From positions 1 through 51,649 of the IMG/VR virus record IMGVR_UViG_3300048611_000030: 51,649 nt of DNA; one strand, written 5' to 3'. The notes under the pieces were generated by a model, which saw only the letters and a list, made by a program, of their open reading frames with translations, did not search any database and was not told where the DNA came from. Of the stretch, positions 1 through 8,898 are shown piece by piece (position 1 is the stretch's first letter; each line of letters starts with the position of its first letter). Both the position numbers and the translations under genes were made by a program. Source of the stretch: a virus. Lineage: Duplodnaviria; Caudoviricetes.

Positions 1-126
1 TCGATTTCGGATGCAATCCGTTTCTGGACGCATGGACATTCGAGAAACCGAAAGCGTTGGATGCAAGTATGTTGGTCAACCCTTATGACCGATTCGCAGC
101 AGGCCACGTACACATTGGTATTCCCC
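1..126. repeat. Terminal overlap identical to 51512-51637 (circular assembly overlap)
   Basis: Exact 126-bp direct repeat at both window ends; the reading frame of the COOH-NH2 ligase is continuous across the join. Confidence 0.95.
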
Positions 127-551
127 GTATCAACAAAGACCCCTTCCTCCGTGCCTATTGGGCGCGCGTTCTTGATGTATTCTTGGCTGCTCCCGCGTTG
201 TTCTGGATGAACGATGAGGAACTGGAGCAGGAACGAGTGCGCCGTACCATGTACGGAAAGGCTGGGTCGTACCGTCCCAAGGATTACGGCATCGAATACA
301 TCGTCCTGAGTAACTTCTGGATTAAGGACGCTGCCCGCATCGGTGCTGTATGGGATGCCATCGAGTCCGCCTACCACGGCGGTTCCCCATCAACCAACGG
401 CCCACGGTACGGAAATCAACTCAAGGAAATATCCGATCAGTTGCGGGTTGCTATTAACAAGTGTGATCGGGAGGCAGTAAAAGGAATCCTTCCGCACTTG
501 ATTGCTGGTAGTGCTATCCGGCACTTGTGTTCCTTGCACACGCAACAATAA
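1..551 (+). CDS. phiEco32-like COOH-NH2 ligase type 2, 3' part (gene starts at 51142, about 306 aa in total)
   Basis: FGCNP, RFAAGHVHIG, RRTMYGKAGSYRPKDYGIEY.LSNFW motifs; in frame with 51142-51637. Confidence 0.9.
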   Translation, partial: DFGCNPFLDAWTFEKPKALDASMLVNPYDRFAAGHVHIGIPRINKDPFLRAYWARVLDVFLAAPALFWMNDEELEQERVRRTMYGKAGSYRPKDYGIEYIVLSNFWIKDAARIGAVWDAIESAYHGGSPSTNGPRYGNQLKEISDQLRVAINKCDREAVKGILPHLIAGSAIRHLCSLHTQQ

Positions 552-553
552 TT

Positions 554-569
554 GTAGTCGCCCGACTAC
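554..569. repeat. Dispersed palindrome GTAGTC-gccc-GACTAC
   Basis: Directly after the TAA of the ligase gene. Confidence 0.95.
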
Positions 570-620
570 AGCCTACGGCGGGCTGCAAGCGCAGCTTGCC
601 CTACAAAGGAGAAGCTGAGT

Positions 621-1547
621 ATGTCATTCAACGAAAGTTCAGCGGAGTTGAATCATCGGTACGGAACTACCTTTATCGGTATCCGTAACGGTGAGGAAAT
701 ACTCCCTCTTTATGTACGTGAGTTTGGGGGGGAGAAGAAACGCACACGACTCATTACTGGGGCATTGTATCATCGGGCCAATGGGGCTATTGCGCATGAC
801 ATGGTTGCCAAGGAATACGATTTTGATGAGGTCGTCTGGGCAGCGCCCAAGTTGGGGTACATCCAATGTGCTGATAAAGTTACCAAGTTTGTTGTGCGGG
901 AACCGGAACCACGACCAGCTAAAATACGTGGCCTTAAGCCCAATCTGACAACCTATTGGTATTGGTCAAAGGAGCGTGTTGGCTTTACCAATCAACGAAT
1001 GTCGGACCTGTTTAACTACGGGGATGCATCGTGGGACATTTACTCGGTGTATAACCCGCAGTACCTCAGCGCAGAGGCAGCGTGGACTGCCATTCGTAAT
1101 GGGGAGTGGGTCGGGGCAGCACTAAGCAGAAACATAGCCCTGTACAAAACCAAGCACTCGAAGAATCCGCTTGTGTTTTACAAGGACCTTGCCGTAGGTT
1201 TGTACGACAAGGAAAGCAATAAGGCGTTTCTTCGTCCAGCCGCGCACATGCTGTTTGAGGAAATGTCAAACTACATGGCCTGCGAGAAGGTAGCTGGGGA
1301 GGAATTACCAAAACCAAAGCCGGAGCAGGTACCCAAGGCTCCCAAGTTCGCTGACGCACTTAAGGCACTTCGTGACGCGGAGGTAAGAGAAAGGGCGGTA
1401 CGTGTAGAGGGAGCAGCACACGTTCGCAATAACTTCGAGTGGATGGGGGATGTAGCTATTCCTAACATAGTTCAGGTAAAACTTGATGTAGGTGTAGTTG
1501 GCGAAAACGAAATCAATGAGGAGGATAACGATGAGCCAAATTGGTAA
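621..1547 (+). CDS. Hypothetical protein within the amidoligase operon
   Basis: 308-aa ORF with AGGAG RBS; no motif recognised. Confidence 0.8.
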   Translation: MSFNESSAELNHRYGTTFIGIRNGEEILPLYVREFGGEKKRTRLITGALYHRANGAIAHDMVAKEYDFDEVVWAAPKLGYIQCADKVTKFVVREPEPRPAKIRGLKPNLTTYWYWSKERVGFTNQRMSDLFNYGDASWDIYSVYNPQYLSAEAAWTAIRNGEWVGAALSRNIALYKTKHSKNPLVFYKDLAVGLYDKESNKAFLRPAAHMLFEEMSNYMACEKVAGEELPKPKPEQVPKAPKFADALKALRDAEVRERAVRVEGAAHVRNNFEWMGDVAIPNIVQVKLDVGVVGENEINEEDNDEPNW

Positions 1548-2463
1548 GCTGTTCGGCCACAAGGCGGACCCACGTACACACGGCGTTGACCAGCAATGGC
1601 CGATTCCCGATTGCTACATGGGGCTGGAGTTGGAATACGAAGGCGCTCAAAACAAGGATGTGGTACAGCAAAAGGTAAAGGCCAAGTATATTGAGTTCTC
1701 GGAGGATACATCCCTCCGTGGTCCCAATGTGGAGCTACGGGGCATACTGCCGTTGTCCGGTGCAGACTTAACCACGGCGCTCAACGAACTAACCATGATA
1801 GTTGCCGAGTTCAAACGGATAAACGGGGTGGATTTGGTACTCAACAAACGTACCAGTCTACATGCACACATGGACGTGCGGAACTTGGACTATGAGGAGT
1901 TTCGCCGATTCAAGATGCTGTGCATCATCTTCGAGCGCCCATTGATTCATTATTGCGCCCCTGATAGGGAGTACAATAACTTTTGCTTGCCAACGTACCG
2001 GGCGGAATCTCAGCGAGGCGTGTATGCTGATTTATTGTCCGGGGAACGGAACTTGCGCGACGCGATACCAGAAGCCAGCAAGTACATGGCCATCAACTTC
2101 CTTCCATTGGTAGAGTTTGGTAGCGTGGAGTTTCGTTCGCATCAGGGTTCTCTTGATATGAACGATGTGAGGGAGTGGGTGTGCATCATTCAGTGTCTCA
2201 AGAAAGCTGCTGTTGAAATGGTGTTTAACACTCCGACGGAGTTGTTGGTACACGTATCCAAACTTGGGGCAAAAGAGCTTGCAAAACAAGTGTTTGGTGC
2301 GTGGTTCGACAAGGTGGCGTACCCGGAGCTGGAGGTAGATGTCATGGACGGTGCACGCTTCGTGCAGGACTTGTTGCTGTACTATGACACACATATCAAT
2401 TCGCTGACTAAACCCGATCTGTCGTCGGTGGAAGAAGCAATTCAAAACTCACGTAGTCGGTAG
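1531..2463 (+). CDS. Putative amidoligase (COOH-NH2 ligase, Amidoligase_2-like)
   Basis: GLELEYE, EDTSLRG..VEL, RTSLHAHMD, KYMAIN, GSVEFRSHQG motifs; ATG 1531 with GAGGA RBS. Confidence 0.88.
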   Translation: MSQIGKLFGHKADPRTHGVDQQWPIPDCYMGLELEYEGAQNKDVVQQKVKAKYIEFSEDTSLRGPNVELRGILPLSGADLTTALNELTMIVAEFKRINGVDLVLNKRTSLHAHMDVRNLDYEEFRRFKMLCIIFERPLIHYCAPDREYNNFCLPTYRAESQRGVYADLLSGERNLRDAIPEASKYMAINFLPLVEFGSVEFRSHQGSLDMNDVREWVCIIQCLKKAAVEMVFNTPTELLVHVSKLGAKELAKQVFGAWFDKVAYPELEVDVMDGARFVQDLLLYYDTHINSLTKPDLSSVEEAIQNSRSR

Positions 2464-2468
2464 ACTAC
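2453..2468. repeat. Dispersed palindrome GTAGTC-ggta-GACTAC
   Basis: Contains the TAG stop of the amidoligase gene. Confidence 0.95.
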
Positions 2469-2493
2469 ATTTTATATTTAGGAGAACTGCTAT

Positions 2494-4041
2494 ATGTGCG
2501 GTATTCACGGATACGTAGGACAAGTTGGTTTTGGGGACACCAAACCATCCCGTATGAATCTTCGGGATTACGTAAAAGATGGGTTTGTAGCCAACATGCT
2601 TCGCGGGGTTCATTCCTCAGGCATGTTCGCCATCCCGGAGAAACACGAGGTTCAGGTGCCGGTCGTCAAGCGTAGTTACAACGGAATGGAATTCCTTGGG
2701 GTGCACGATACCAAAGAGTTGCTGAATGCGTACGCAGATATGCGCGGCTATGTGGCGCACTTGCGTTGGGCCACAAAAGGGAATGTGCACCGGGATAATG
2801 CACACCCGTTCCAGCATGGGCCAATAACAATGGTACATAACGGCACACTGTCCAACGAAAAAGAACTCGGTGACTGGAAGTTCGATACCGACAGCGAGTA
2901 CATCGCCAAGAGTTTGGCTGAGCGCCCTGACCCAAGAGACACCATCAAACTGCTGGATGGTGCCTTTGCCTTGGTGTGGCACGACGCTCGAACAGACAAG
3001 ATGTATATGACCCGCAACAAGGACAGAGAGTTGGGCTATGCGTACGTCAAGGGCAAGAACGCGTTTATGTTCGCAAGTGAATGGCCGATGATGCAATGGC
3101 TGGCGTGGCGCAACTACATCGAGTTGGAGGAAATCGAGGATGTTACTCCGTATGACATTCTGGAATTTCCGGTGGACGACCCTCGCTCTCGGGTAATTAT
3201 CAAAGCCGAGGCGTATGTTGCTCCCAAGTGGAATTACAGTCAGCGCAGCGCCAGCCCAACTGGAGGGGCTGGCAATACCATCCCTTTTACCAGAAAGGTT
3301 TTACCGACCGTGATTATGATGGGGAGTGGTGGGAATGGGGAGGTCCCTAAGGGCGTCCCGGAAAACCTGCATCCCGGAAAGGAAATCGAGTTCTCGGCAA
3401 TGGAAGTATTCCTCAAGGACCGGACCAGCCGTATGGGAACGCTTGAGGGTGTAATGGCCGATAAGCCCCACTGGCGGGTTGTGGCCCGTCAGGTAGATAT
3501 TCGCAAGTTCTCCGGCCTCAACCGAATGATCGGCAAGGTTATCGGGTACATCTGCTTGGAATCTCACTGGCCCACTGTGTACGTTGGGGATGCTAAGGAA
3601 TCCAAGACTCCCGATGTGGATAAAAACGGCAAGCACTTGGGCTATAACCGTCACTACAGGAAATACAAAGAGAATGAGCAGAATCCAATTCTCCTTGGCA
3701 TGGCGACCAAAAAATATGGAGAACAAGTGCCAATCATTGAGGGAGCGGCTACAAGGCTGGCTCCTTTTCTTGATGAGGAACGAGACCCCGATGCTGTGTT
3801 GGCAGAAGTACAATCTAAAAATGTGCCTATAACTGATTTACAATGGTTCCGAACCGTCAATGTAGATGGGCACCGAATGTCTGTGGAAGCCGCGCACAAT
3901 TTGTTAAAGACACAATGCGCGTGGTGTAGCGGGCATTTCAAGGACCTCAAGGATATTCGGTACGTTGGGGATTCAACAATCTGCTTTAGCAATTGTGGGG
4001 ATGCTATCCCGTTTCTCAAACATGGAACAACGGAGCACTAA
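2494..4041 (+). CDS. Class II (Ntn) glutamine amidotransferase with long C-terminal extension
   Basis: N-terminal MCGI, RGVHSSG, HLRWAT, NAHPF, HNGTL, DTDSE, GAFAL motifs; C-terminal CxxC...CxxxC. Confidence 0.92.
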   Translation: MCGIHGYVGQVGFGDTKPSRMNLRDYVKDGFVANMLRGVHSSGMFAIPEKHEVQVPVVKRSYNGMEFLGVHDTKELLNAYADMRGYVAHLRWATKGNVHRDNAHPFQHGPITMVHNGTLSNEKELGDWKFDTDSEYIAKSLAERPDPRDTIKLLDGAFALVWHDARTDKMYMTRNKDRELGYAYVKGKNAFMFASEWPMMQWLAWRNYIELEEIEDVTPYDILEFPVDDPRSRVIIKAEAYVAPKWNYSQRSASPTGGAGNTIPFTRKVLPTVIMMGSGGNGEVPKGVPENLHPGKEIEFSAMEVFLKDRTSRMGTLEGVMADKPHWRVVARQVDIRKFSGLNRMIGKVIGYICLESHWPTVYVGDAKESKTPDVDKNGKHLGYNRHYRKYKENEQNPILLGMATKKYGEQVPIIEGAATRLAPFLDEERDPDAVLAEVQSKNVPITDLQWFRTVNVDGHRMSVEAAHNLLKTQCAWCSGHFKDLKDIRYVGDSTICFSNCGDAIPFLKHGTTEH

Positions 4042-4043
4042 GA

Positions 4044-4787
4044 ATGACCTCTACGTATAAGGTTTATGTAAAGGAAAACAACAAGTCGCACAGGCATCTT
4101 ATTAAAGATGATGCTTGTTTTGGCAGGTTTTCGTGCCGCTATGGAGGCAGTACGTTTAATTATGGGCAATATAGACACGCCCCAGCCAATATACACACTA
4201 TACGGTATTACCCGGAACGGAGAGGCATTTCTGCGGAGGAGTGTGTTACGTGCTTCGAGGAATTGCAGGCCGCCATGCCGGAACTGCCGTGGCCCAAGAA
4301 AGGTAACTTTCTGGATTGGGAAAAGAAAGGAATGGCCGCATTTACGGACATTCCGGGTCAAGTCAGTATTGGGCTGTTTACGCTTGTTCGTTACGTAAAC
4401 GAGTATCCGGGGACTTTGCAGCAGTATCTCTTGATGCGTAAGGTACTCGGCGTTACACCATTACAGGCGCTGCATCTGGCGCATAACCTTAGTAGTGTGG
4501 ATGGAGGCATTAAATGGGATAACGTGGTTGGACATGCGGGGCACAGCATTATTCCGTCACATACACTACACGACAAGGTGTATAAACACTTTGTTGGAAA
4601 AAAGTGGGCGCTGGAAATGCAGAAACTTAAGCCCTACAAGGAGTACAATGATTACCAAGGAATCCACAAGCTATTCGCTGGAGACGATAATCCCTATAGA
4701 AAGGAACAGTGGTTTCCTCGGGATATGTACGGGATTACAGGAGAACAAATTATGAATCGTATTAACAAACTGGAGAACATAGGATGA
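4044..4787 (+). CDS. Hypothetical protein within the amidoligase operon
   Basis: ORF of about 247 aa, ATG 4044 with GGAG RBS, coupled to its neighbours. Confidence 0.75.
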   Translation: MTSTYKVYVKENNKSHRHLIKDDACFGRFSCRYGGSTFNYGQYRHAPANIHTIRYYPERRGISAEECVTCFEELQAAMPELPWPKKGNFLDWEKKGMAAFTDIPGQVSIGLFTLVRYVNEYPGTLQQYLLMRKVLGVTPLQALHLAHNLSSVDGGIKWDNVVGHAGHSIIPSHTLHDKVYKHFVGKKWALEMQKLKPYKEYNDYQGIHKLFAGDDNPYRKEQWFPRDMYGITGEQIMNRINKLENIG

Positions 4788-5440
4788 GCAAACCAACAAT
4801 ATTAGTTCTTGGTGATAAGGGGGATGGGTTACCATTCTTTCCGTGGGGCCATCTTCGCTTTTCGTACAAGGAGTATTACGCAACGCGTAGTGCTGAAAAT
4901 GTGGACGCCGTTGTGTTTACCGGAGGGACTGACGTAGACACGCGACTGTATGGGGAGGAGCGCGGGTCCTTCACAGGCAAGCCTGACGTATTCCGTGATG
5001 AGGTCGAGCGCCGCGTGTTCGATATTGCTATACGGCGCAAGATTCCCATGATGGGGATTTGTCGTGGCTCCCAGTTTGGGTGCGTTATGTCCGGCGGTAA
5101 GCTGTTCCAGCACGTATCCGGGCACGGCGTCCGTGGAGCTCATCCGGCCATGACAATTGATGGGGAGGAAATCCACGTTACCAGCACGCATCACCAGATG
5201 CTTAACGTGCGAGGCACGGACCATCAGGTGTTGGTGTGGGCATCCCCGACCAGATCAGAGCAGTATCTTGGGGAAGATGATGTTCCACAAACTCCTCCTG
5301 ATAAGGAACCGGAAGTGGTATGGTTTCCGCAAACCAAGTTCCTTGCGACGCAGTACCATCCGGAGTACATGGACGAGCAGACTACGGGATGGAAATATTA
5401 CCAGCGGTTGTTGGCTAACTATATCTTTGAAGGAATGTAG
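4784..5440 (+). CDS. Class I glutamine amidotransferase / peptidase C26 (gamma-glutamyl hydrolase-like)
   Basis: FTGGTDVD, GICRGSQ nucleophile elbow, STHHQ, QYHPE motifs. Confidence 0.92.
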   Translation: MSKPTILVLGDKGDGLPFFPWGHLRFSYKEYYATRSAENVDAVVFTGGTDVDTRLYGEERGSFTGKPDVFRDEVERRVFDIAIRRKIPMMGICRGSQFGCVMSGGKLFQHVSGHGVRGAHPAMTIDGEEIHVTSTHHQMLNVRGTDHQVLVWASPTRSEQYLGEDDVPQTPPDKEPEVVWFPQTKFLATQYHPEYMDEQTTGWKYYQRLLANYIFEGM

Positions 5441-5452
5441 TCTGCCGACTAC
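5437..5452. repeat. Dispersed palindrome GTAGTC-tgcc-GACTAC
   Basis: Supplies the TAG stop of the C26 gene; followed by GGAGG RBS. Confidence 0.95.
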
Positions 5453-5466
5453 ATTTGGAGGCTACG

Positions 5467-5805
5467 ATGCGTGTATTTGTTTACGGTACATTAAAGGTAG
5501 GATTCGGAAATAATTATTTGTTGGCCGCAGGAACCTACGTAGGTAAGGCTGTAACTGAACCAAAATATACCATGTACTCGGCGGGGCACTTTCCGTATGT
5601 CCGGATAGGAGGTAGTCAAAAAATACAAGGAGAGGTATTTGAAGTAAACGAAGTAACAGTTCGGCAGCTAGATCAGTTGGAGCAACATCCTAACTGGTAT
5701 AAGCGCCAAGTTGTACAAACCTCTCTCGGAGAGGCTTGGATGTATATAATGCCGCCTACTCAGCAAATGGGCGGAAATGAAGTCAAATCTGGTAACTGGA
5801 GGTAA
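5467..5805 (+). CDS. Gamma-glutamylcyclotransferase (AIG2-like)
   Basis: VFVYGTLK, GEVFEV, LDQLEQHPNWYKR, AWMY motifs. Confidence 0.92.
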   Translation: MRVFVYGTLKVGFGNNYLLAAGTYVGKAVTEPKYTMYSAGHFPYVRIGGSQKIQGEVFEVNEVTVRQLDQLEQHPNWYKRQVVQTSLGEAWMYIMPPTQQMGGNEVKSGNWR

Positions 5806-5807
5806 TC

Positions 5808-6659
5808 ATGTTTAATGTTGGAATCTATCGTGCCCGTAAGGGAGTTCCCGGCGTTGGTCGCAAACTGGCAATCGCTCTGGACGCCTATGAAGTCACATCC
5901 GTCCGTCCGGCGGAACGTCCCGCCCCCGGTGCTGTGGTAATCAACTATGGCCGCAGAGAGAAACCCGCGTGGTATGACGAGTTCACCAAGAACGGAGGGC
6001 GTATCGTCAATCGTGGAAGTGCGGTTGCAAAGTGCGTGGACAAGCGCAGAACACTTGCTATTTTGCGAGAGGGAAACGTGCCGTGCTTGGAGTTCACCGA
6101 AGCTCAGGGAGTTGCCCAATCATGGGCGGATAAAGGCAACCGTGTATTCGTCCGTGAAACTGCCAAGGGAAAGAAAGGCCGGGGCATCACGATTGTCGGC
6201 CCCGGAGGGGATGTTCCTCCTGCGCCTCTGTACACCTTGGACTATCCCAAGACACATGAGTTCCGTGTGCATGTGGCCTTCGGCAAGGTCATTGACTTTG
6301 TGCAGAAGAAGAAAATGGGAGCCGAGAAGCGCAAGGCGATGGGCATTGACGCCGTAAACGAGGACGTACGTAATCACCATCGCGGGTGGGTATTTGCCCA
6401 TAACGATTTGATTGTGTCCGAAAAAGAGTGGAGGCAACTTGCCAACATAGCAATTGAGGCAGCAAATGTCCTTGGTTTGGACTATTGCGGCATTGATATG
6501 CTCGCAGATCATAGGAACGGAGTGCTTCTGTCAGCGGTTATCTGCGAGGTAAACTCCGCGCCGGGTATGTCAAGTAAGACGACGTTCGACGCTTATGTGG
6601 GAGCATTTAAGGAGTTCATCGCAAAAGATAATGCGTATAAAGCTGCTGCACAAGACTAA
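5808..6659 (+). CDS. ATP-grasp ligase (RimK/phiEco32-like)
   Basis: DKRRT, GKKGRGI, EFRVHV, GLDYCGID, ICEVNSAPG motifs. Confidence 0.92.
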   Translation: MFNVGIYRARKGVPGVGRKLAIALDAYEVTSVRPAERPAPGAVVINYGRREKPAWYDEFTKNGGRIVNRGSAVAKCVDKRRTLAILREGNVPCLEFTEAQGVAQSWADKGNRVFVRETAKGKKGRGITIVGPGGDVPPAPLYTLDYPKTHEFRVHVAFGKVIDFVQKKKMGAEKRKAMGIDAVNEDVRNHHRGWVFAHNDLIVSEKEWRQLANIAIEAANVLGLDYCGIDMLADHRNGVLLSAVICEVNSAPGMSSKTTFDAYVGAFKEFIAKDNAYKAAAQD

Positions 6660-6687
6660 GGAACTAATTTAACCTTTGCTTGTCTAA
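6660..6687 (+). promoter_or_regulatory. sigmaE/ECF-type promoter at the head of the replication gene block
   Basis: GGAACT-N16-GTCTAA. Confidence 0.7.
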
Positions 6688-6784
6688 GTACATCCTATAT
6701 GCATATAAGCAAGTCTATAGACTTGCGATTGCATTTACTCCCCCGGAGGGGGTGCATTATGCATATATAATTAATAATATGTAC

Positions 6785-6812
6785 TTTGACAGCAAAAAAG
6801 GAAAAAAGTTCC
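6785..6812 (-). promoter_or_regulatory. sigmaE-type promoter, convergent with 6660
   Basis: Minus strand GGAACTT-ttttccttttttgct-GTCAAA, matching the RpoE consensus. Confidence 0.65.
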
Positions 6813-6824
6813 ATCGGAGGCAAT

Positions 6825-7013
6825 ATGAGTAGCAGACCGTCAAGCGGTACTATGGTTTACTGGCGATTAAAAAAGAGTGTGCCCGGACCGTGGTTGTTTG
6901 GGTACGTTACGTACGAGAAAGGACATGAGCTTTTGCGTATGGGCAGATACAATGGGGATTCACACGGAGGACAAATAGTTTCAGCCTCTGAGATTGAATG
7001 GAAACCCTACTGA
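6825..7013 (+). CDS. Hypothetical protein
   Basis: GGAGG RBS, ATG 6825. Confidence 0.65.
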   Translation: MSSRPSSGTMVYWRLKKSVPGPWLFGYVTYEKGHELLRMGRYNGDSHGGQIVSASEIEWKPY

Positions 7014-7053
7014 GGTTTCTTTGGAAGCGATGATTAACAACAAAGGAGACAAA

Positions 7054-7392
7054 ATGGCAATGTTTATGAATCATTTTCAAGAGTTCACTCGCAAGACAGC
7101 AATCTATCCGGAAGTTGGTACCGGCTCAGTACCCGCAATTTCGTATGTAGCGTTGGGGTTGGCAGGAGAGGCGGGGGAGATAGCCAACAAAGTCAAGAAG
7201 CTACTGCGTGACGGAGATAAGCCGGAACTGCGGGAGCAGATTGTATCGGAAATCGGCGATGCTATGTGGTATCTGTTTCGTCTTGCCGATGAGTTCAATG
7301 TGCAAGCAGGGGACCTTGCTTTCCAGAACATGACCAAGCTGCAAGATCGCCAGAAGCGCGGCGTCTTGGGCGGGTCCGGCGACCACAGATAG
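7054..7392 (+). CDS. mazG: MazG-like nucleoside triphosphate pyrophosphohydrolase
   Basis: LGLAGEAGEIANKVKK, EIGDAMWY, NMTKLQDR..RG..GGSGD motifs. Confidence 0.9.
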   Translation: MAMFMNHFQEFTRKTAIYPEVGTGSVPAISYVALGLAGEAGEIANKVKKLLRDGDKPELREQIVSEIGDAMWYLFRLADEFNVQAGDLAFQNMTKLQDRQKRGVLGGSGDHR

Positions 7393-7400
7393 GAGGATTT

Positions 7401-7583
7401 ATGTTTTCAAGTCTTGGTGATTTACTTAAGGCAGGGGTTGGATTAGTTATAGAAACACCTGCGTCAATCGTTGCCGATGTTGCAACTCTTGGAGGGGTCC
7501 TAAACGATAAGGACAAGCCCTATACCGTAGAAGCCTTGGAAAAGGTTTTAGATAATATTTCTAACGCCACAAAACCGGAGTAA
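7401..7583 (+). CDS. Small hypothetical phage protein
   Basis: AGGAGG RBS; 60 aa. Confidence 0.75.
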   Translation: MFSSLGDLLKAGVGLVIETPASIVADVATLGGVLNDKDKPYTVEALEKVLDNISNATKPE

Positions 7584-7847
7584 ATGGAAATGGAATACTG
7601 TTTAAGTTGCAATGACGCTGTACTAACAACCGAAGAAGATGTAGACACAGGAACGTGTGCATCATGCCGCGGTGTGGAACGTAATGAGGACACCAATCCT
7701 CGCGCACTGGACTTCCGCGGACCTCGCCGGGAACGGTTCGTTGATGGGGTTGCTGGCTTCCTGCACGACCAGCGCGGCATGGACCCAACCATCGGACCTG
7801 AGCCCGAAGATGTGGGACTAACTGAGGAGGACGACGATGGCTGTTGA
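7584..7847 (+). CDS. Hypothetical Zn-ribbon, acidic protein
   Basis: CLSC...CASC; GGAG RBS. Confidence 0.65.
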   Translation: MEMEYCLSCNDAVLTTEEDVDTGTCASCRGVERNEDTNPRALDFRGPRRERFVDGVAGFLHDQRGMDPTIGPEPEDVGLTEEDDDGC

Positions 7848-8208
7848 TATAAACCGATTGCACTGTTGCAGTAATCCGTACCAAGGGAGCACCAAGAAAG
7901 TCCTATGTGTTTGCTCAGCAGGATTGCTTCGTTCTCCAACGGCAGCGGTAGTTCTTTCGCAAGAGCCATTCAACTACAACACCAGAGCAGCCGGGGTACA
8001 TAGCTACGCCTTAATTCAGGTGGACCGTGTACTTACGGAGTGGGCTGATGAGATTGTTGTCATGGAGTCGTACATGCTTGAGACGCTTAAAGACAAGCTG
8101 CCACTCAACAAACCTGTGATTGTACTTGGTATTAAGGACAACTACGCGTACAGAGATAAGGAATTAATGGCGTTAATCAAACAGCGATACTTGGAGGCAG
8201 ACGAGTGA
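7837..8208 (+). CDS. Low-molecular-weight protein-tyrosine-phosphatase-like protein
   Basis: VLCVCSAGLLRSPTA (CX5R P-loop), WADEIVVME, LGIKDNY. Confidence 0.85.
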   Translation: MAVDINRLHCCSNPYQGSTKKVLCVCSAGLLRSPTAAVVLSQEPFNYNTRAAGVHSYALIQVDRVLTEWADEIVVMESYMLETLKDKLPLNKPVIVLGIKDNYAYRDKELMALIKQRYLEADE

Positions 8209-8456
8209 TAACATTAGCAGCGTTGTGTACATCGGTTGTAATCGGCCTTGGTTTGGGTGTTGAGAAAGGCCCTAACCAGCATATGTACGGAACAGAGCCT
8301 ACTGGTACGTTTCGTGCGTCGTGCGGCTTACCCAACAACTTCGCTCTGGAATATGACCACAAGTCGGCCATACCGGATGGGTTTCCGTTCAATGATCGGA
8401 AGGATAAGAATACATCGGACGTATTCTCCCTGACCTATACTTTCAAACTAAAATGA
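8205..8456 (+). CDS. Small exported beta-rich protein
   Basis: GTG start with GGAGG; hydrophobic N-terminus; alternating C-terminal FSLTYTF. Confidence 0.6.
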   Translation: MITLAALCTSVVIGLGLGVEKGPNQHMYGTEPTGTFRASCGLPNNFALEYDHKSAIPDGFPFNDRKDKNTSDVFSLTYTFKLK

Positions 8457-8689
8457 GCACAGATATTTTTGTTGTTACTATGTATCGGCATGGAAGCCGC
8501 GAAAAGCACAGCTACGTATTGGGGGCATGGTTGTCAGAGAGACGAGCAAAGAGGGAGGCGAAAAAAGAGCAGGAAGTTAGAGCAAACCTATACATGCCTG
8601 AGATACTTAGCGTAAACCCGAAGTTTAACGGCGACGAAAACCTGCACATAAACGAGGTTGTGTTGCCATTACAGGAGGTCGTGTTATGA
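8453..8689 (+). CDS. Hypothetical protein
   Basis: Start overlaps the upstream stop; 78 aa. Confidence 0.65.
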   Translation: MSTDIFVVTMYRHGSREKHSYVLGAWLSERRAKREAKKEQEVRANLYMPEILSVNPKFNGDENLHINEVVLPLQEVVL

Positions 8690-8898
8690 ACTGGCATTTT
8701 AAGTTGGTTGTTATTGTTGGCACACTGGCGATTGTAATCCTTCTTGGATTGGTCGCCATGTACGGCAAGGGAATCAATCGAGGCATGATAGTTCAGCCAC
8801 CACAGGCTGTACGCATCGTCCACAGCATTGAGTGCACGCCTAAGGAGGAATCATATTTTCCTCCGGGGGAAGTGTACCTTATGTCGGATATGATGTAA
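8686..8898 (+). CDS. Small membrane protein
   Basis: AGGAGG RBS; one N-terminal TM helix. Confidence 0.65.
   Translation: MNWHFKLVVIVGTLAIVILLGLVAMYGKGINRGMIVQPPQAVRIVHSIECTPKEESYFPPGEVYLMSDMM

Noticed and set aside
1-126. 126-bp end repeat as the biological terminal repeat
   Set aside because: It falls in the middle of a gene; it is an assembler circular overlap
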